Numbered from the whole stretch's first letter, positions 17,449 through 31,344 are shown. The stretch is 63,880 nt of DNA, filler included, from Collodictyon triciliatum (GCA_043381765.1; 5 parts of 5 records of this genome joined end to end with filler, not necessarily neighbours in it); one strand, 5' to 3'. A program made the numbers and translations. The notes: generated by a model not told the origin, from the letters alone.

Positions 17449-20400
17449 CTAAAACCCGATGAACATGTCCTCATCATTATCGCCGTCGTTGTCCTCTAAA
17501 AACCCATCGACCTGAAATTTTCTCTGCTTTTCCTCATCTCCCTGCTTTTGTAATGCATCTTGGAGCACTTTCATGGTATCAGACACAGAGCGTTGGATTC
17601 TTCTATAGTCAGGGAGTGTGGGCTCCGCAAGCTACAGCGTCAAGTGCCATATATATATATTAACAAAAGAAAAGAATTCCCTTATTTTGGTGTATGAAAC
17701 AAAAATAAATATAGAAAAAAACGTGAAAATTTTTTGATTAAATTGTTTTGTGGAAAGGACTATGTGCATGCATCAGATTAATCACAGAGTTGCGCATACA
17801 GTCGACATATTCTCTTTGTACAGATACATACGCGGAGATATTCGTTCCAGTATGTTATTGTCCCTTGCAAGAAAGCGATGTAATTCTGGTGAAAGAAAAG
17901 TGACTTCAGCATCAAGAATAAAATGAGATCAAAAAAAAAAGTATTTTGCAGATTCCCTTCAAGAATTAAAAAAAAACTTCTCAATCTGAAAACAAAAAAT
18001 GAAATCATTTTCCTTTGCTGGTCGGGGGATATACATGTGTATAAATCAGCATACTGGATCTTTCTCCCCGACAAGGTAGGAGAGTCTGGAGTAGGCAGAG
18101 CCTAGATTCTGATAGACATAAAAGGGCGACTGTCCATCGATTTCGATCTGTCGAATAAAAACCTCCGCTGCAAGAAAATCATACATTTAAAATCATGGAA
18201 TGGTAAGAAATCATTAGTATCGCTCACTGTATAAAAAAAATTCGATGGATAATAAAGCCCAAAAAAAATGAAGGTTTTGTTTAGTTGGACGCATTCTGTT
18301 CAAAGTTTGGTCATAATCTTATACGATTTGATACTTACTGCATTTTTTAAGAGAGTCAATATGACTGTTTTCGACACCTGATTGCAAGAGCTGGAATCCA
18401 ACAGCATAGTAGGATTCCGTCTTTATGAGCCTCGTGAATGCCTGTGTATCATTCGAATACGATGCAAACCCATAAAATATTTCAGAACTTAGCCTGGCTG
18501 TTTTATGATAGATAATGGGCTTGCAAAGAGAAGAAATATGAAGAAGCTTTTCAGTTTCTTGGGGAAAAAATCTCTTTTTATCCAAACGTGAGCCGCCACA
18601 GCTCTAAAGGTGCTTTGTGATTAAAGGTGTCTTTACTTCCCAACTTCCTTTCGGAAACTTGTTCAGGTCCGATGTGGGTAGCTCCGATTCAGACGGAAAC
18701 CAGGACAAGACCTTCTCTGCGTATGCATCGATGTTCATGCTGTAAGCTGCAATAACAAACCAAAAATAAATAAATAAATAAATAAATAAATAGATAAATA
18801 AATAAAAAAACAGAGGATAAATGAATTTCACTGATGCTGAAGAAAAGGGAAAAAACTTGTGACTATACTATGAATATATGGTACTCGGATGTTTGTTCAT
18901 AGCTGAAAAAAAGTTTACAAATTTTGATATTCAGAATTTTCGAGTGTTTTTTTTTATAATATAGTTACATATGGGTACGACTTTCTCCACCAATCCCAGA
19001 GGAATGACCTTGTGAGTGCTTCTGTGGGATATGTCTCTATCACAAGAGCAAATTGCGGTGTGAATTAAGGGTATTCCCACCAACGGATTTAAAGTTATTA
19101 GTACGAATAAATGAAAGAGTTTCATGTGGCGTACTCCTGCTTTAATCCACCATGGCTGAATATACCAGTCGGAAACTGATTTTGGTTGTAGGACAAGAAA
19201 CGTGACATGTTGTAATGAACTTCACAAAGGAGCAGCGTTGCAAAACGAGTAAAGTTAGTGAGTGTAATGGAAGAAAAGCAGTGCGTAAGCTTACCATGAT
19301 GACTTTGATGAATGAATGAAATAGATTTTAAATCCAAATTGATTAATCAGATGTTTTTTATACTTTTAAATTAATACATCTCTACCTCCGAGCGTTTGCC
19401 CGGGAAATACAACACCAGGAAAATTTTGGCGTTGTGAATCATAGAACCAAGGATGTGCTAAAAATTCCTGAATAATAAATACTTCAGTCAGCCATATGAA
19501 GAGCACATTTGGGAGAGAGATTTTAGATTGTATATTTGCAGACGGAGATTGATTGACCCAAAAAAAAAAAAAAAGAGGAGTATGTGTGATATTTGCATCA
19601 ACCTGATCGATGACAACTACATCAGTGCGATACTTTTCGATGAGTTGAACGTATCGAAAACCAAAGACAGACAAGTCTCCACTCACCAGGAACAACGAGT
19701 TCTTTGAACGATATATGGATGTGAAACCAGCTCAAACGTCTTTTTTGAAGAAAAAAAGCATGGAACAAAAATAAACTTTCCACATTGCAAAAATATATGA
19801 TGCTCACCTTAGGTAGTTTGGACAGGACAGCTTTGGCATATTGCTCGATTTGGTGGTTATCGTGCATATCCATGTAATGGTAATTGCTTGCGATTTGAAA
19901 CCCAACAAGAAGCAAACAAAATCCCTTCAAGTCGGCTGTGCCTTCGAATATCTTGTTGATTCCAAAAGCCATGAAAAAGAATAGAATAAGGACAGCCTTT
20001 CGATTAAATGGGGGGTTAGTCTCAAAAAGCAACCTACCAAAATAGAATAAAGCAACTGCATGAATAATCTTATCAAAAAAAGAATACTTGTGGGTAGAAT
20101 CGCTGTTGGATGAAAATGTGAAGCTCAACATTAAGATCGACATTCGCGAGGTAGTTGAATACGGTGATATAAAGCGCGAATGCTAGAAGCAGCAAAGGGT
20201 TAATAAATACGCATGTTACTAAGTACAGATGTCTTCCATTGCCGAGTCTGAAGCTCAAAGCAAATGCTGTGATTTTTCTGTTTTGAGCGATATATATAGA
20301 AAAGAGGGTGAAAAAGGGGAAAGTAAAGTGATGTCATAGAACCCTACCACTAAAAGTTATCCAGAACAGCTTTCGCATCAAGATGCTTCTATGTGTAGAA

Positions 20401-21923
20401 AGGGACGCCATACCCAAGATAGCGATAGGCAATCCAATATACCCCATCTCAGAAAATGTGCTATTTGTTTTCACGATAATGGCCATTTAGCTTTTAATAA
20501 AGGGAGACAGAGAAAGAGATACCATTCTCCCATATAAAATTATCTACTACAGGATGTGCGAAAATGTGTCGACTAAAAAGGGACTGTTACTTTTCAAAAA
20601 ACAATCTGAACCGAATGAGAAAATCCATGAAAGTGGGGTCATTGTTAACAGAGAGCTAGCGTTAATGACAAGAGATTAAAACATCTAGATTCAAATGAAA
20701 AATCGGGAAATATATTTTCTGTAACATCAAACACACATCCATGATTCAAGGATCAGTTGTGATTACCCGGAAAGTTCCGTAGTCTCTGCGCAGAAAATGG
20801 TGCAAAAGTCCATGAATTGTATCGAGTGTACCCCAGTTCATCACTGGCTTTCCTTTTGTTGCGATTGGCAAGTAAGCGTATGGACTAAGGCCCACGAGTG
20901 CAACCAGAGAGTACTTTGCAATGTATCTACCCACACAAGAGAACACGCAAAGTCAACTGAAATAGTTCAAGAGGCATGCCACCCGATATTGAAGAGGAAA
21001 GAACGACGCAAAAACTAAAGAGAAGATACAACATATTGACATACGGATGTAACAGGAAGAGATACCGGAATATTCAAAAAAATGGTGATGATGAAAAAAC
21101 AGGAATATGGCGCTGAGAACAGATTGACTCACTCAGTGGTCAGAAAGTTCATCTTGCCGAGCCCATCCTCCTTGTACAGATGATGTGTCATCACATAGAC
21201 CGCATAGACGATAATCGGGAAGACACTGGTGTGCTGGTTGCAAAGAGACAGCCCCGAGACCAGCGCAATCACAAATCCATTCCATGCCGAACGATGCAGA
21301 TGGAAGCGAACTATGCCATCCAGCAGAACTGCGTTCATGAGATTGTTCAGCGCAAAGACTTCCCCGCCGATTGCATACAACCAGACATTCGGGGAGAACG
21401 CAAACATCAGTGCGGCCACGAAAGCAGCCGTCCGCGAGCGTGTGGCGCGAATGCATGCGGCTGCCAGAAACGCGGCTGCGAGAGACGCAAAGAGCGCACT
21501 CATCAGATTGACCCGCATGGCTGGACGCGCGTGGAAGACAGAGGACTCTGGGAAGGGCACGTAATGCGCAAAGGCGTAGCCCAGCATCGAAAAGAGCGGA
21601 TAACCCGGCGGATGAGCACAGCCGAAGGTCAGCGCAACAGTCACGAGTTCGCTGCCGTCTCCACCCGGTGCAGTTGGATACAGTGTTTGTATGTAGATAT
21701 ACAATGTGATTGCAAAAGTGGCTGTGCAGGTGAGAAGGTCGCCGGTGTGGAGCGTTGAACTCGGGTTGTGTTGTATCGTGTGGGGTTCTTTGTGTTGCTC
21801 TGATGCGATGGTCAAGATTGATGGTGGTGAAGTGATTCGGATTTGTGATGCTTGTGATGTGGGGTCCGTGGAGTACAAGGTTGCTGCTTTTGGCCTTCTT
21901 GGTTTTGGGCGTATATCGCTCAT
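17449..21923 (-). CDS. TMEM260: TMEM260 (DUF2723) protein O-mannosyltransferase-like membrane protein
   Basis: Exon 1 has YIQTLYPTAPGGDGSELVTVA...AHPPGYPLF...RVNLMSA...FAFSPNVW...EVFALNN...GLSLCNQHT. Later exons have NWG...HHFLRRDYGTF, LVSGD...RYVQ...RTDVVVIDQ and IPLGLV. Stop TAG at 17449-17451. Confidence 0.93.
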
Positions 21924-22570
21924 GGAATGCGTTTGTTTGGTGATGTCTGTGTACGTGGGTTGTGTTGTGATGAGTGATGTTGGCCGTGTTTGAGGTATGT
22001 GGCTTGGAGTAGAGGGACTTTTTTTTTTTGGTTTTTTTGGTTTTTTTTTTGGTTTTTTTGGTTTTTGTTGGATGGAATTGCGCCACTATTGAAAATCGAG
22101 CAATGGAATAGAATCTCTCGCAATAAAATATATATCGGCACATATAACTAAATCATGACTAATTTCAAACCATAACGAGACACTTCAGAGATTCATTTCG
22201 GGCTAAATAAATGAACTGATATAAATTCCATAATTGTCAGCATCACCTTATACACGAACACACGGCCGATTTCCCGACCTGCTGGTGTGTCTGTGGTGGA
22301 AACAAGTTTCGATGCAGGCAAAGACAGACGTCTTCAAAGGTTTGTGTGGTTGTCGATCACCAAGAAACGTGCAGGCGCGTTTTGCGGTCGTGCGTATGAG
22401 ACAAGAACCACAGCAAGAATGAGTGTTGTGCAAACGGCAGACTTCTTCTCCTGTCCGCCTTCTTTGCCTTCTTCGGGCTGCATCCTCTGATCCGCCCAAA
22501 GTCTCACCTTCGATCGGTCTGCTAACCACGTAACCTCTTGTGTTACTCTAGTTTTCGTCGCAAAGTAACC

Positions 22571-22690
22571 ATGGATCCGTACAAACTTCGTAAGTATGCA
22601 CATAATATTGTTTTCTTGTCGTGTTTCAACCTTCGCTCTTTCTTTCTTTTTTTCTTTTTTTCTTTTGTTTTCTTTTGTTTTCTTTTGTAT

Positions 22691-22786
<96 letters not shown>

Positions 22787-22790
22787 TCCT

Positions 22791-22822
<32 letters not shown>

Positions 22823-23420
22823 CTTTTTCTATTCTGTCGCAATCTAGCTTTTGTGACTTTTCATCTTCCTTTGCACAACAAACCCACCATCTAGCTTCGC
22901 TGCATGTTACGGGATTCCTATTGCTTATCATATCGGAAATATGGCGTGCACTGCCCATTTAAATGCCAAACTGACTTTCGAGTTTTTCCTGACAAAGTTG
23001 CTCACTCCCACTCTCCTCTACCCAGAATACTTTTCATGGGGCGCAAATGACTCCTTCCAACTGGGCCAAGGAACCATGTTTATTCCGCGCCAAACAAGTG
23101 CCCAGGAAATGGCGGTACTCTCGACTCCATAGCCCAGCCTTGCAAAAGCCCCCTTTTTTATATCGCTTCCATCCATCCACTACTCTTTTGCTGCACTTTC
23201 CATTCTCTTGCGTGTCAACAATCACACTTTTTTAAAATAACTCGGTTTGGTGTTTTGCCTTATCTTCAGACACTCAAAGATGAGTATGTAAATTATATCG
23301 CATGCGGTTACAACCACGTAATGGCTCTTCACCCATCGCAAATGGTGTCTGGATGGGGCTCCACTGACGATGGCGTTATATCGCTTCCAGCAGCGCGTCC
23401 TCAAGCACTTCCCAAGAAGG

Positions 23421-23519
<99 letters not shown>

Positions 23520-26500
23520 TTACATTATTTTTTTTATAGTAAATCACCATCTGAAACACATAGGTCGAAACAATCAAATTCAAAGTCAGCCAAGTGGCCT
23601 GTGGCAGATTTCACACCCTTTTGGTAGACACAGATGGCAAGACATATGCGCTCGGCCATATTAGAAAAGACGTCATGGGTCTTGACTATGGTTTCTTTGA
23701 TTACTTTTCTCCTGGCAGGTAGTGTACCTATTATCATATTCGTTGGCCTATATTACTCTAAAACTGAACCTTATGCCAGCAAATTGCGAGTTTATGTAAC
23801 TCTGACATATCCACTAAGTAACTTGTTTCTAAATCTATTGCATTTTATTTCCGTCAAACAAAATAGATACTCTCCTGTTTTAATCCCGGCTCTCTCTAGC
23901 ATCAAAATTGAGCAAGTCTCCTGCGGATACTGTTAGTACTCTCATATTATTTCTGAATGTCTTCCTATAGTTCCTGAGTGCGCATCACACTCATTGTTTG
24001 CTATCAGACCATTCTCTAGCTCGCACAACCGATGGAAAAGTGTATTCATGGGGTTGGTGTATTTGATCAATTTTCGACGATTACTCAGAGGATCTTGTTG
24101 GCTTTGGTTACTACACTAATGTATTTAAGGCTATTTCTCTGTAAAGCTAATTACGTACATAACTATAATCAAGGGCTTGGTGAGTTCGGCAAACTTGGTC
24201 ATGGAACAGAGGGTGATATAAAGTATCCCAAGCTGATTCAATATACATCACGCCCCATCCGAGACATAATATGCGGCCGCTATCACTCGGGCATGATAAC
24301 AGGTGCGTAAGTTCTGTTGATGAAACAATTTGGCCTATCTTCTTCGTTCTACGTGGATTTTCTTTTCAGCTTGGTGTCCTAGGACGTGAATATATATATT
24401 TTGTGTAGATTCCATTCAACCCGATCATGAACCTGTACTAATATGACACTTTATCTAGATGAACATAAGTTATTGACATTTGGTAAGTATTCTTTTTTTC
24501 TTCTTCAAGTAATAGCATATCTTTGTGCGATTTTGCATTTTCATCAAATTTTGTAAAAGGAGATAAGGCAAATTAGTGAATTATGGTCTTCATAACAGAA
24601 AAGTCCCACTATTTATGAGTTTATTTTACTATTGACATTTTGATTCCACAGGCCAAGGGAAATTCGGGCAACTTGGAAATGATGAAATCCACAACCAACT
24701 TGTTCCGTCATTGGCGAAAATAGATGAAAACAAGCACGTAATCATGGCTGCAATGGGTGCAACACACACAATCATTCTATTTGGTTAGGCACATTTAACT
24801 AAGCATGAAAATGGAAACGAAGTATGATAAAAATTTAGTATATGTATGTAATTTTTTTTCAATTTCTTTTTTTTTTTTTTGGCACCAATATATATATATA
24901 TATCATTACAGGCGATGGGACTGTAGCCACTTGTGGAGCTGGCTCGAAGGGACAGCTGGGCCATGGATGTAACCTTCTCTTCAGTGACGACAAGAAAACG
25001 TTCACAATTTTGGATCCATCCATCATAAAAAATGCTCGGAAAGTGTGCGCTGGCAGCTATTTCTCTGCAGTGCTTCTATGTGCGTTTCCTTTGTTCCTCT
25101 CTCCTTCCTAATAACTCTGGATTATATTCTGGAAGCCTTTTCTAAGGAATATCATTTTGGCCCCCGTCTTCTAAAAAATAAGAGAAGTAAAAACTAATCA
25201 TTTGATACAAATAGCCTCTGGCGAGATATACACATTCGGGGATAATCCTTTCGGACAGCTCGGAGTTGGCGACGTAAAGCGCCATGAAAAACCAGCGAGA
25301 GTGAAAGGCCTGGAGCCTCGAGCCATCGATATATGGTGTGGTCACACATTCATGTTTGCTTTGCTCGGGGGTTCGTCTTCATTGAAATTTTTTAGCCATC
25401 TAGCCTTGATTGATATATCTTAAAACCCTTTTGTTCTTGTTTATCTGATGAAACATCCATATACTATAACTTACCTCTCTTCATCCGTACAAACTACGTA
25501 TGAAGTTGGGAGCAAACGTAAATCCCTCTCACAATCATATCCTTTTCACAGACCCTACCAAACTTGCGCCACGAAAAAATCCGGCGCTAATGGCCCAACA
25601 ACCACAAGGAGTTCAGCAAGCACAAGGTATGCAATATGCACCAGGTATTCAGCAAGCACAAGGAGTTCAGTATGCACAAGGAGTTCAGCAAGCACAAGGT
25701 ATGCAATATGCACCAGGTATTCAGCAAGCACAAGGAGTTCAGCAAGCACAAGGTATGCAATATGCACCAGGTATTCAGCAAGCACAAGGTATGCAACAAG
25801 CCCAGCCCGGCTACTATTATGGGCAAGCAGGCGCACAGCCATATGGACAAGCCCTGCCATTCGCCGCATATGCAAACGGAGCCGGGCCATCAAACGAGTA
25901 TGCTGCCATCGGCGCGCCACTTGCACACCCACACATGGGCTACGCAGACCCTCACAACCCGCAGATGGCGCCGTACTACCAGCCCCCCGGCCCGCAAGGA
26001 CAACTCTACCCGCCGCAGACTCAGGGCAACCAGAGAGCGTCTTTCCACCAGCTGCAGCCTCTCCAGCCCCATCCGCAAATTCAGCCACACGCACATAATC
26101 CAGCCTACTATGTAGACCCATATGCAAACCAAGTTCCCGTTCATTTTCCACAGCAACCAGTCCAGAGTCCAAGTCAGTTTCTGCTTCTCATTTATTCCTA
26201 CTCTCATCTTGTTCTCTTTTCTCATCTTCTCCTTCTTCCTCCGTAAAATAGTCACACCTATTTACTCGTTCAAACACAGAAATACAGAAATATATAATTG
26301 CCTTCTTTTGCATCTGATTTCTCTTTGTTTATCCATCGATCTCTCACAAGCAGCGCCAGCCTTCGTCGGGGCGCCCGTGCTCAACCCAAATATGCAGGAG
26401 CGCAACTTGGCGAACCATCCATATTTGCAACAGCAGCAGCAACAGCCTATGTCGGAAGGAGAAATCCAACTTCACATTATGCCACGTTCCGATCTGAATG

Positions 26501-26961
26501 ACTCAGCAGACCTGATTCACTTTGCGCCCATCATCATCTCTCCAAGAGCCAACGCACCCGAGCCAACACCGAATCCCATCACTGTCCAGCCAACACCGAA
26601 TCCCATCACAGTCCAGCAAACACCCAATCTCATCACTGTCCAAGTACCAAAAAAGCCTGCGACACTCGATGATGACGATGAAGACGATGACAACATAGCC
26701 CTGCCCAAGCCCATTTCGCCAGCAGCTGAGAAGCCAACCGAACCAAAGGCTGCTGCCCCCTCGTTCTACGCCGCTTACTCTGTCGTTGGAGATGCGGCAA
26801 AAGTCCACGGGCCGCCGCAGCCGATGAACTATTCTGTGCCGCTCGCACCGCCCCCTGTTTCAACAACCTTGACTGATAGCGAAGAAGAAGAAGAGGAGGA
26901 GGAGGAGCGTCCGCAGCAGAGACAGGCAAAGGCCAGAACGAGAGTTGCTATGCCCGCCTAG
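22571..26961 (+). CDS. RCC1-repeat beta-propeller protein with a long Q/P/Y-rich low-complexity C-terminus
   Basis: MDPYKL|QYFSWGANDSFQLG, IACGYNH, VACGRFHTLLVDTDGKTYALG, VSCGYYHSLARTTDGKVYSWG|LGEFGKLGHG, ICGRYHS, GQGKFGQLG, CGAGSKGQLGHG, IYTFGDNPFGQLG, IWCGHTF. The tail is encoded by ORFs 25500-26246 and 26122-26961. Confidence 0.9.
22690..22787 (+). repeat. (TTTC)n microsatellite in RCC1-gene intron 1
   Basis: Seen directly. Confidence 0.95.
23421..23519 (+). repeat. (TATC)n microsatellite starting at the intron donor
   Basis: AAG|GTATCTATCTATC...; the intron spans 23420-23563. Confidence 0.95.
25602..25799 (+). repeat. Coding tandem repeat, 18-bp unit encoding A[QP]G[VMI]Q[QY] x11
   Basis: PQGVQQ AQGMQY APGIQQ AQGVQY AQGVQQ AQGMQY APGIQQ AQGVQQ AQGMQY APGIQQ AQGMQQ. 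Confidence 0.92.
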
Positions 26962-27392
26962 AACAAGAAAAACAGCGCCGCAAACACACATTTATATTCG
27001 TTTCCTTTTTCTCATTCTCTTCCTTTTTTTTTTCTTCTCATTCGCACATATTATCCACCGCCGGAGACATTTCGATTTATATTGTCATACTGGAAGGAGC
27101 AATACCAATCGAAAGATTGGTAAACTTGCTCCGGAGCAGAGATGTTGCTTACTGAATGCAAAAAAGAATAGAGAATGAACACAATCGACGTGTTCTCAAT
27201 TGCAAACTATATACAAAGTATCCACACCCATATTCTCCTTTTTTTATTCTCCCCCGCCTCTTCCCGGCATCAAAGTTGACGACTACGCTATCAAGAAAAC
27301 ATAAACTCTGGATATCAGAATCGCAACCTCACGAGTTGACCCGACTCTGCATCATCGATTTGCATGGGCCGATGCTCCTCTGCTTTCCTTTA

Positions 27393-28205
27393 TTATTGTT
27401 CGGTCTTTGCAGGCGGTTCCTGTGTGGAATGCAAAACCTCCGCAAAGAAAGCGGCGATGTTCACCCACATGTCGGACTCCGTGTCCACGCGGCCGAGTTC
27501 GTGGCAGTCTTCCGGATACACTACCATCCTGCGCGCATAATCACGAACGAAATACTTTTAGAATCACAATCACAATCACAATCACAATCACAACCACAAT
27601 CACAACCACAACCACAACCACAATCACAATCACAACCGCAATCACAATCACAGTCACAACCACAACCACAATCATAAGGTGGTAAAGTTATGTGTGAGAT
27701 GTAAATTTTTTTTAAAAAGAACAATAATAATGTCAATAGATACCGGACGTCCTTGTTTTGCGTCTTAAGATAATGGTAGAGCCTACAGAACGAGCGCATG
27801 AGTTTTCAAAGACTGAAAGTATAGTGGCTTCCCTTTTTGTCGTCTTATTTACGCGTTGGGTTTGGTTATTCTTTCTTTTTTTTCTTTTTTTTCTTCGAAA
27901 GCATCGGAAGCAACATATTTAATAATATTATAATTTTGTAGGACATGAGACAAGAAAATGGCCAAATGAAATAAATAGACAAACAGGAAATAAACAGAAA
28001 TAAACGACATGCAATATCATCAGCGACCAAAAGGTCTTACTGGACGGACTGCTCTGGCGGGACTCGTTTATCCTGCGACCCAACCATGAGAAAGAGAGGC
28101 GATTGTATCTGGTGCGCCCAGCGGATGGGAGACGATGCAAAGAGTTTCTCAATGGTCTCTGCGGTCAGCAGCTGATTTGTGTTGAATCCGTTGACATGGA
28201 AGCAC
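27393..28205 (-). CDS. APEH: Acylamino-acid-releasing enzyme (S9C peptidase), last three exons; 5' part lost at scaffold end
   Basis: CFHVNG...KLFASSPIRWAHQIQSPLFLMVGSQDKRVPPEQSVQ|LYHYLKTQNKDVR|MVVYPEDCHELGRVDTESDMWVNIAAFF. Catalytic Asp (DKRVP) and His (DCH) are in an APEH-type context. Stop TAA 27393-27395. Confidence 0.88.
27563..27674 (+). repeat. (ATCACA/ACCACA)n hexamer repeat in an APEH intron
   Basis: Seen directly. Confidence 0.93.
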
Positions 28206-28332
28206 CTTTGGGTTGGGTGCGATAATAGTATATTGAAACGTCAATCAATCACAAACATCAATATAGAGCACTCACAGAAACACAAACAAAAAAGAAAAAT
28301 GTACAGAAAAGATACACAGAAACCAAGCAAAT

Positions 28333-28572
28333 AAAAAAAGATAAAAAAAGATAAAAAAAGATAAAAAAAAGATAAAAAAAAGATAAAAAAAAGATAAAAA
28401 AAGATAAAAAAAAGATAAAAAAAGATAAAAAAAGATAAAAAAAAGATAAAAAAAGATAAAAAAAGATAAAAAAAAGATAAAAAAAAGATAAAAAAAAGAT
28501 AAAAAAAGATAAAAAAAGATAAAAAAAGATAAAAAAAGAAAAAAAAGATAAAAAAGAAAAAAAAGATAAAAA
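28333..28572 (+). repeat. (A7-8GAT)n minisatellite at scaffold end
   Basis: Seen directly. Confidence 0.95.
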
Positions 28573-28672
28573 NNNNNNNNNNNNNNNNNNNNNNNNNNNN
28601 NNNNNNNNNNNNNNNNTTAATTAATTAANNNNNNNNNNNNNNNNNNNNNNNNNNNNNNNNNNNNNNNNNNNN
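28573..28672. other. Artificial scaffold spacer N44-TTAATTAATTAA-N44
   Basis: Identical 100-bp spacer. Confidence 0.97.
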
Positions 28673-28771
28673 AAGACAAAGATAAAGACAAAGACAAAGA
28701 CAAAGACAAAGACAAAGACAAAGACAAAGACAAAGACAAAGACAAAGACAAAGACAAAGACAAAGACAAAA
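28673..28771 (+). repeat. (AAAGAC)n microsatellite at scaffold start
   Basis: Seen directly. Confidence 0.95.
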
Positions 28772-28806
28772 ATAAAGACAAAGAAACAAAGAAAGAAAAA
28801 TGGTAT

Positions 28807-31140
28807 ACTTTTTTCCAAGAGTACGGAAACTGTTCCGGTGAAACCAATAAAATCCTTTGGAATTCAACTTCGAGATGACATCAGTGAGCTGTCGTTGGAT
28901 TAAATTATATTTTTTTTCAAGAATTTGATTCGGCTCTAATATGTATTGGTCCTTTTTATTTTATGAATTTTTCGATAAGTAGAATATCAATTATTTTTCT
29001 CTCCATTTAATATGACACTGTAAAATAATGAATGGAACCTTTTCTGAGTAATTGTCTGTTTCATCCAAATCGAAGAAATGAAATTCAAAAAATAGCTGGT
29101 CTATGCGAAGTTCGCACGTAAGCAAATCCTCAATTACGTTCCATTCACTGCCTTCGATATCGACCTTACAAATGTCAATCTTTGTATGACTTAGAATTTC
29201 CATGATTGTTTTGAGGCGATACCTGATGCAGCATAGAATGTCCAGTAATTTGCATCGTGAAAAAAAAAACTGAACTTTCTCTTGGTTTAGGCTTGAATAT
29301 GTGATACACAATGTATCTTTTTAGCACATTATTCATATTTCTTTGAGGTTTATTGGAAACTCCTCGATTTTGTGCGCAAACGTTGACATGGCAAATTAAT
29401 TGATACAAACCCCGGCAAGGTAATCTTCTGCTCCTCATTATACTTTCCGTCCCAATTTTTTATAGAGTACTGCCCATGCCCACCCAACGGAGATAGAAAT
29501 GTCATGACACCGTCCTTGTCGTTCAGCCCCCACGGATGATATACCCATTTCTCACTCTTATGTCTAAAAGTTGAGTTGTGATCATTTATACATTTATTAA
29601 TTTATCATTACTTCTGGCCTCCCAGAAGGCATACTATCCTCTTATTGATGGCAAGAATAATAATTTATTTTAGAAAAAACTATTAATAAATTGGCAAGAC
29701 AGGAGCCATACATGGATTTATTATAGCATCTTTCCCCGGTCGGAGTCGGATCAAATGCGTGAACTGTGCCGCCATAATCCTTGATGAACGTCAGGTCAAA
29801 GGACGGGTCATTTCCTAGTAAAATACACCAGTTATGAGATAGCTCTTTCGTTTTGTTTTGTTTTTTTCACTTCGTCAGCTTGTGAGATAAGACTTGGATG
29901 CTCAGTTGAAAAATAAAAATTGAACCATGCTATTCAAATTTTAAATGACGTGATGTAACAATTGCCTTGAACTATCACCTAGTCCAAAGCTGTATACAAC
30001 AGAGTCCTTTCCGATCGTAGGTGTGATACATGTATGCCATCCCCCTTCCGATTTCCCTAATTTCCTGACATTATCACAGTTGTACTGCGTATTCATTATC
30101 AAAAAATTCCTGGGTAACTGTTCCTATTTACATGTGCATTTTCCTTACATTAAGGCAACGTAGTGGAATGAATCAAAATCAAGGGTAGGGTTTTAAATAT
30201 TTGATATGAATATACATTCCGTGGTTGATTCTGAGTTCTGAAGTTATTTGAAAAAAAGTAATCGGAATGGATTTGTTTATGATGATTAGTGACACGTAGC
30301 GCACGGCTATATATCATTCTGTAGACCCGAAACTGTCGAGGTCATATTAACGATTTAATTCATTGATTCATCAAAAGTACCTCGTCTTTGTTATTTTCGT
30401 CATTTTTCTCTTGGTTGGCCTCTTCCATTGGTTCTATATTTGTAGGTTTCTCGTCTTTTCCCGGGACGTCTTTCATATCTTCAAATTGAAGTTGATTATT
30501 TCCATTCTTTTTTTCATCTATTTCAAGAAATTCGTCGTCTTCATCATCATCGTCGTCGAAGTCATCCAAATCCCCTAACACAGCATCATGTGCTGGCTCT
30601 TTGACATCTATCACCAGGTCATTAATCACGTCTTCTCCAATATCCATATCCATCCCTTGTTTGGCCCGCTGTTTGGCCATCTCACGAGCAATTACAATTC
30701 CTATAAAAATAATTAAGATATCGAAAGCCAGAATACATCACAAGATACGCACGCCTCTCTCTGATGTAAAAAGCGCATGTAAAGCAGAAAATTATATCTA
30801 TTATATCCACACTCATACAAAAGAAAAAAACCTTGGTCTTCATACTCGACTGGCTTCGGATTATTTCTCATATGGACGACGAAGGAGTAGTCAAACCTTG
30901 TCATATAATTTCATTTTGCAAAGAGAAATGATTTGATATGAAAAGTTGTTCACATTCAAATGAATAAAAAAAAAACGTTAAGAAAAGAAAAGAAAAGGAA
31001 AGGAAAGGAAAAGAAAGGAAAAGGAAAAGGAAATAAATCAACGAGTAAATAAATACTTACAAGGTAATCGCCAGAACCAAAAGCCCAGCTACCCCAATGA
31101 TCACAGATCTCTGGCGAAAAAGGGTAGGCTTTTGCCTCAT
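28807..31140 (-). CDS. Type II membrane FkbM/Methyltransf_22 (METTL24-like) SAM methyltransferase; 3' end cut, 5' exon uncertain
   Basis: TM segment VIIGVAGLLVLAITL and an acidic stem (ORF 30360-30680), then CDNVRKLGKSEGGWHTC...VVYSFGLG|NDPSFD...VHAFDPT, PWGL, IDICKVDIEGSEW...QLFFEFH and GFYWFH. Confidence 0.85.
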
Positions 31141-31237
31141 CTGACCAAACGGCGAAAGAAGAGGGCCAGATTATTAAGTAGAGTTAGCAGGATAAATAAA
31201 CACTTTCGACAAGTAAAGGGAGAAAGAGGGAAAAAAT

Positions 31238-31239
31238 GA

Positions 31240-31335
<96 letters not shown>

Positions 31336-31344
31336 AAGAAAGAA
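31238..31344 (+). repeat. (AAAG)n microsatellite
   Basis: Seen directly. Confidence 0.95.

Noticed and set aside
28333-28771. CRISPR-like or telomeric arrays at scaffold ends
   Set aside because: Simple tandem repeats with no unique spacers. The motifs differ at each end and lie in introns, so they are assembly breakpoints.
30690-30770. Possible TGA=Trp recoding: minus-strand frame ERGVRIL*CILAFDILIIFIGIVIAREM looks like a TM helix across a TGA; a similar case lies at 1344-1346
   Set aside because: Both can be explained as intron sequence with GT-AG splicing. Conserved Trp positions checked use TGG, and TGA terminates the GT14 fusion, mitoferrin and AP5Z1 genes.
27393-31140. Methyltransferase-APEH fusion (same strand, adjacent)
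   Set aside because: Separated by an artificial spacer; each is a truncated part of a different gene.
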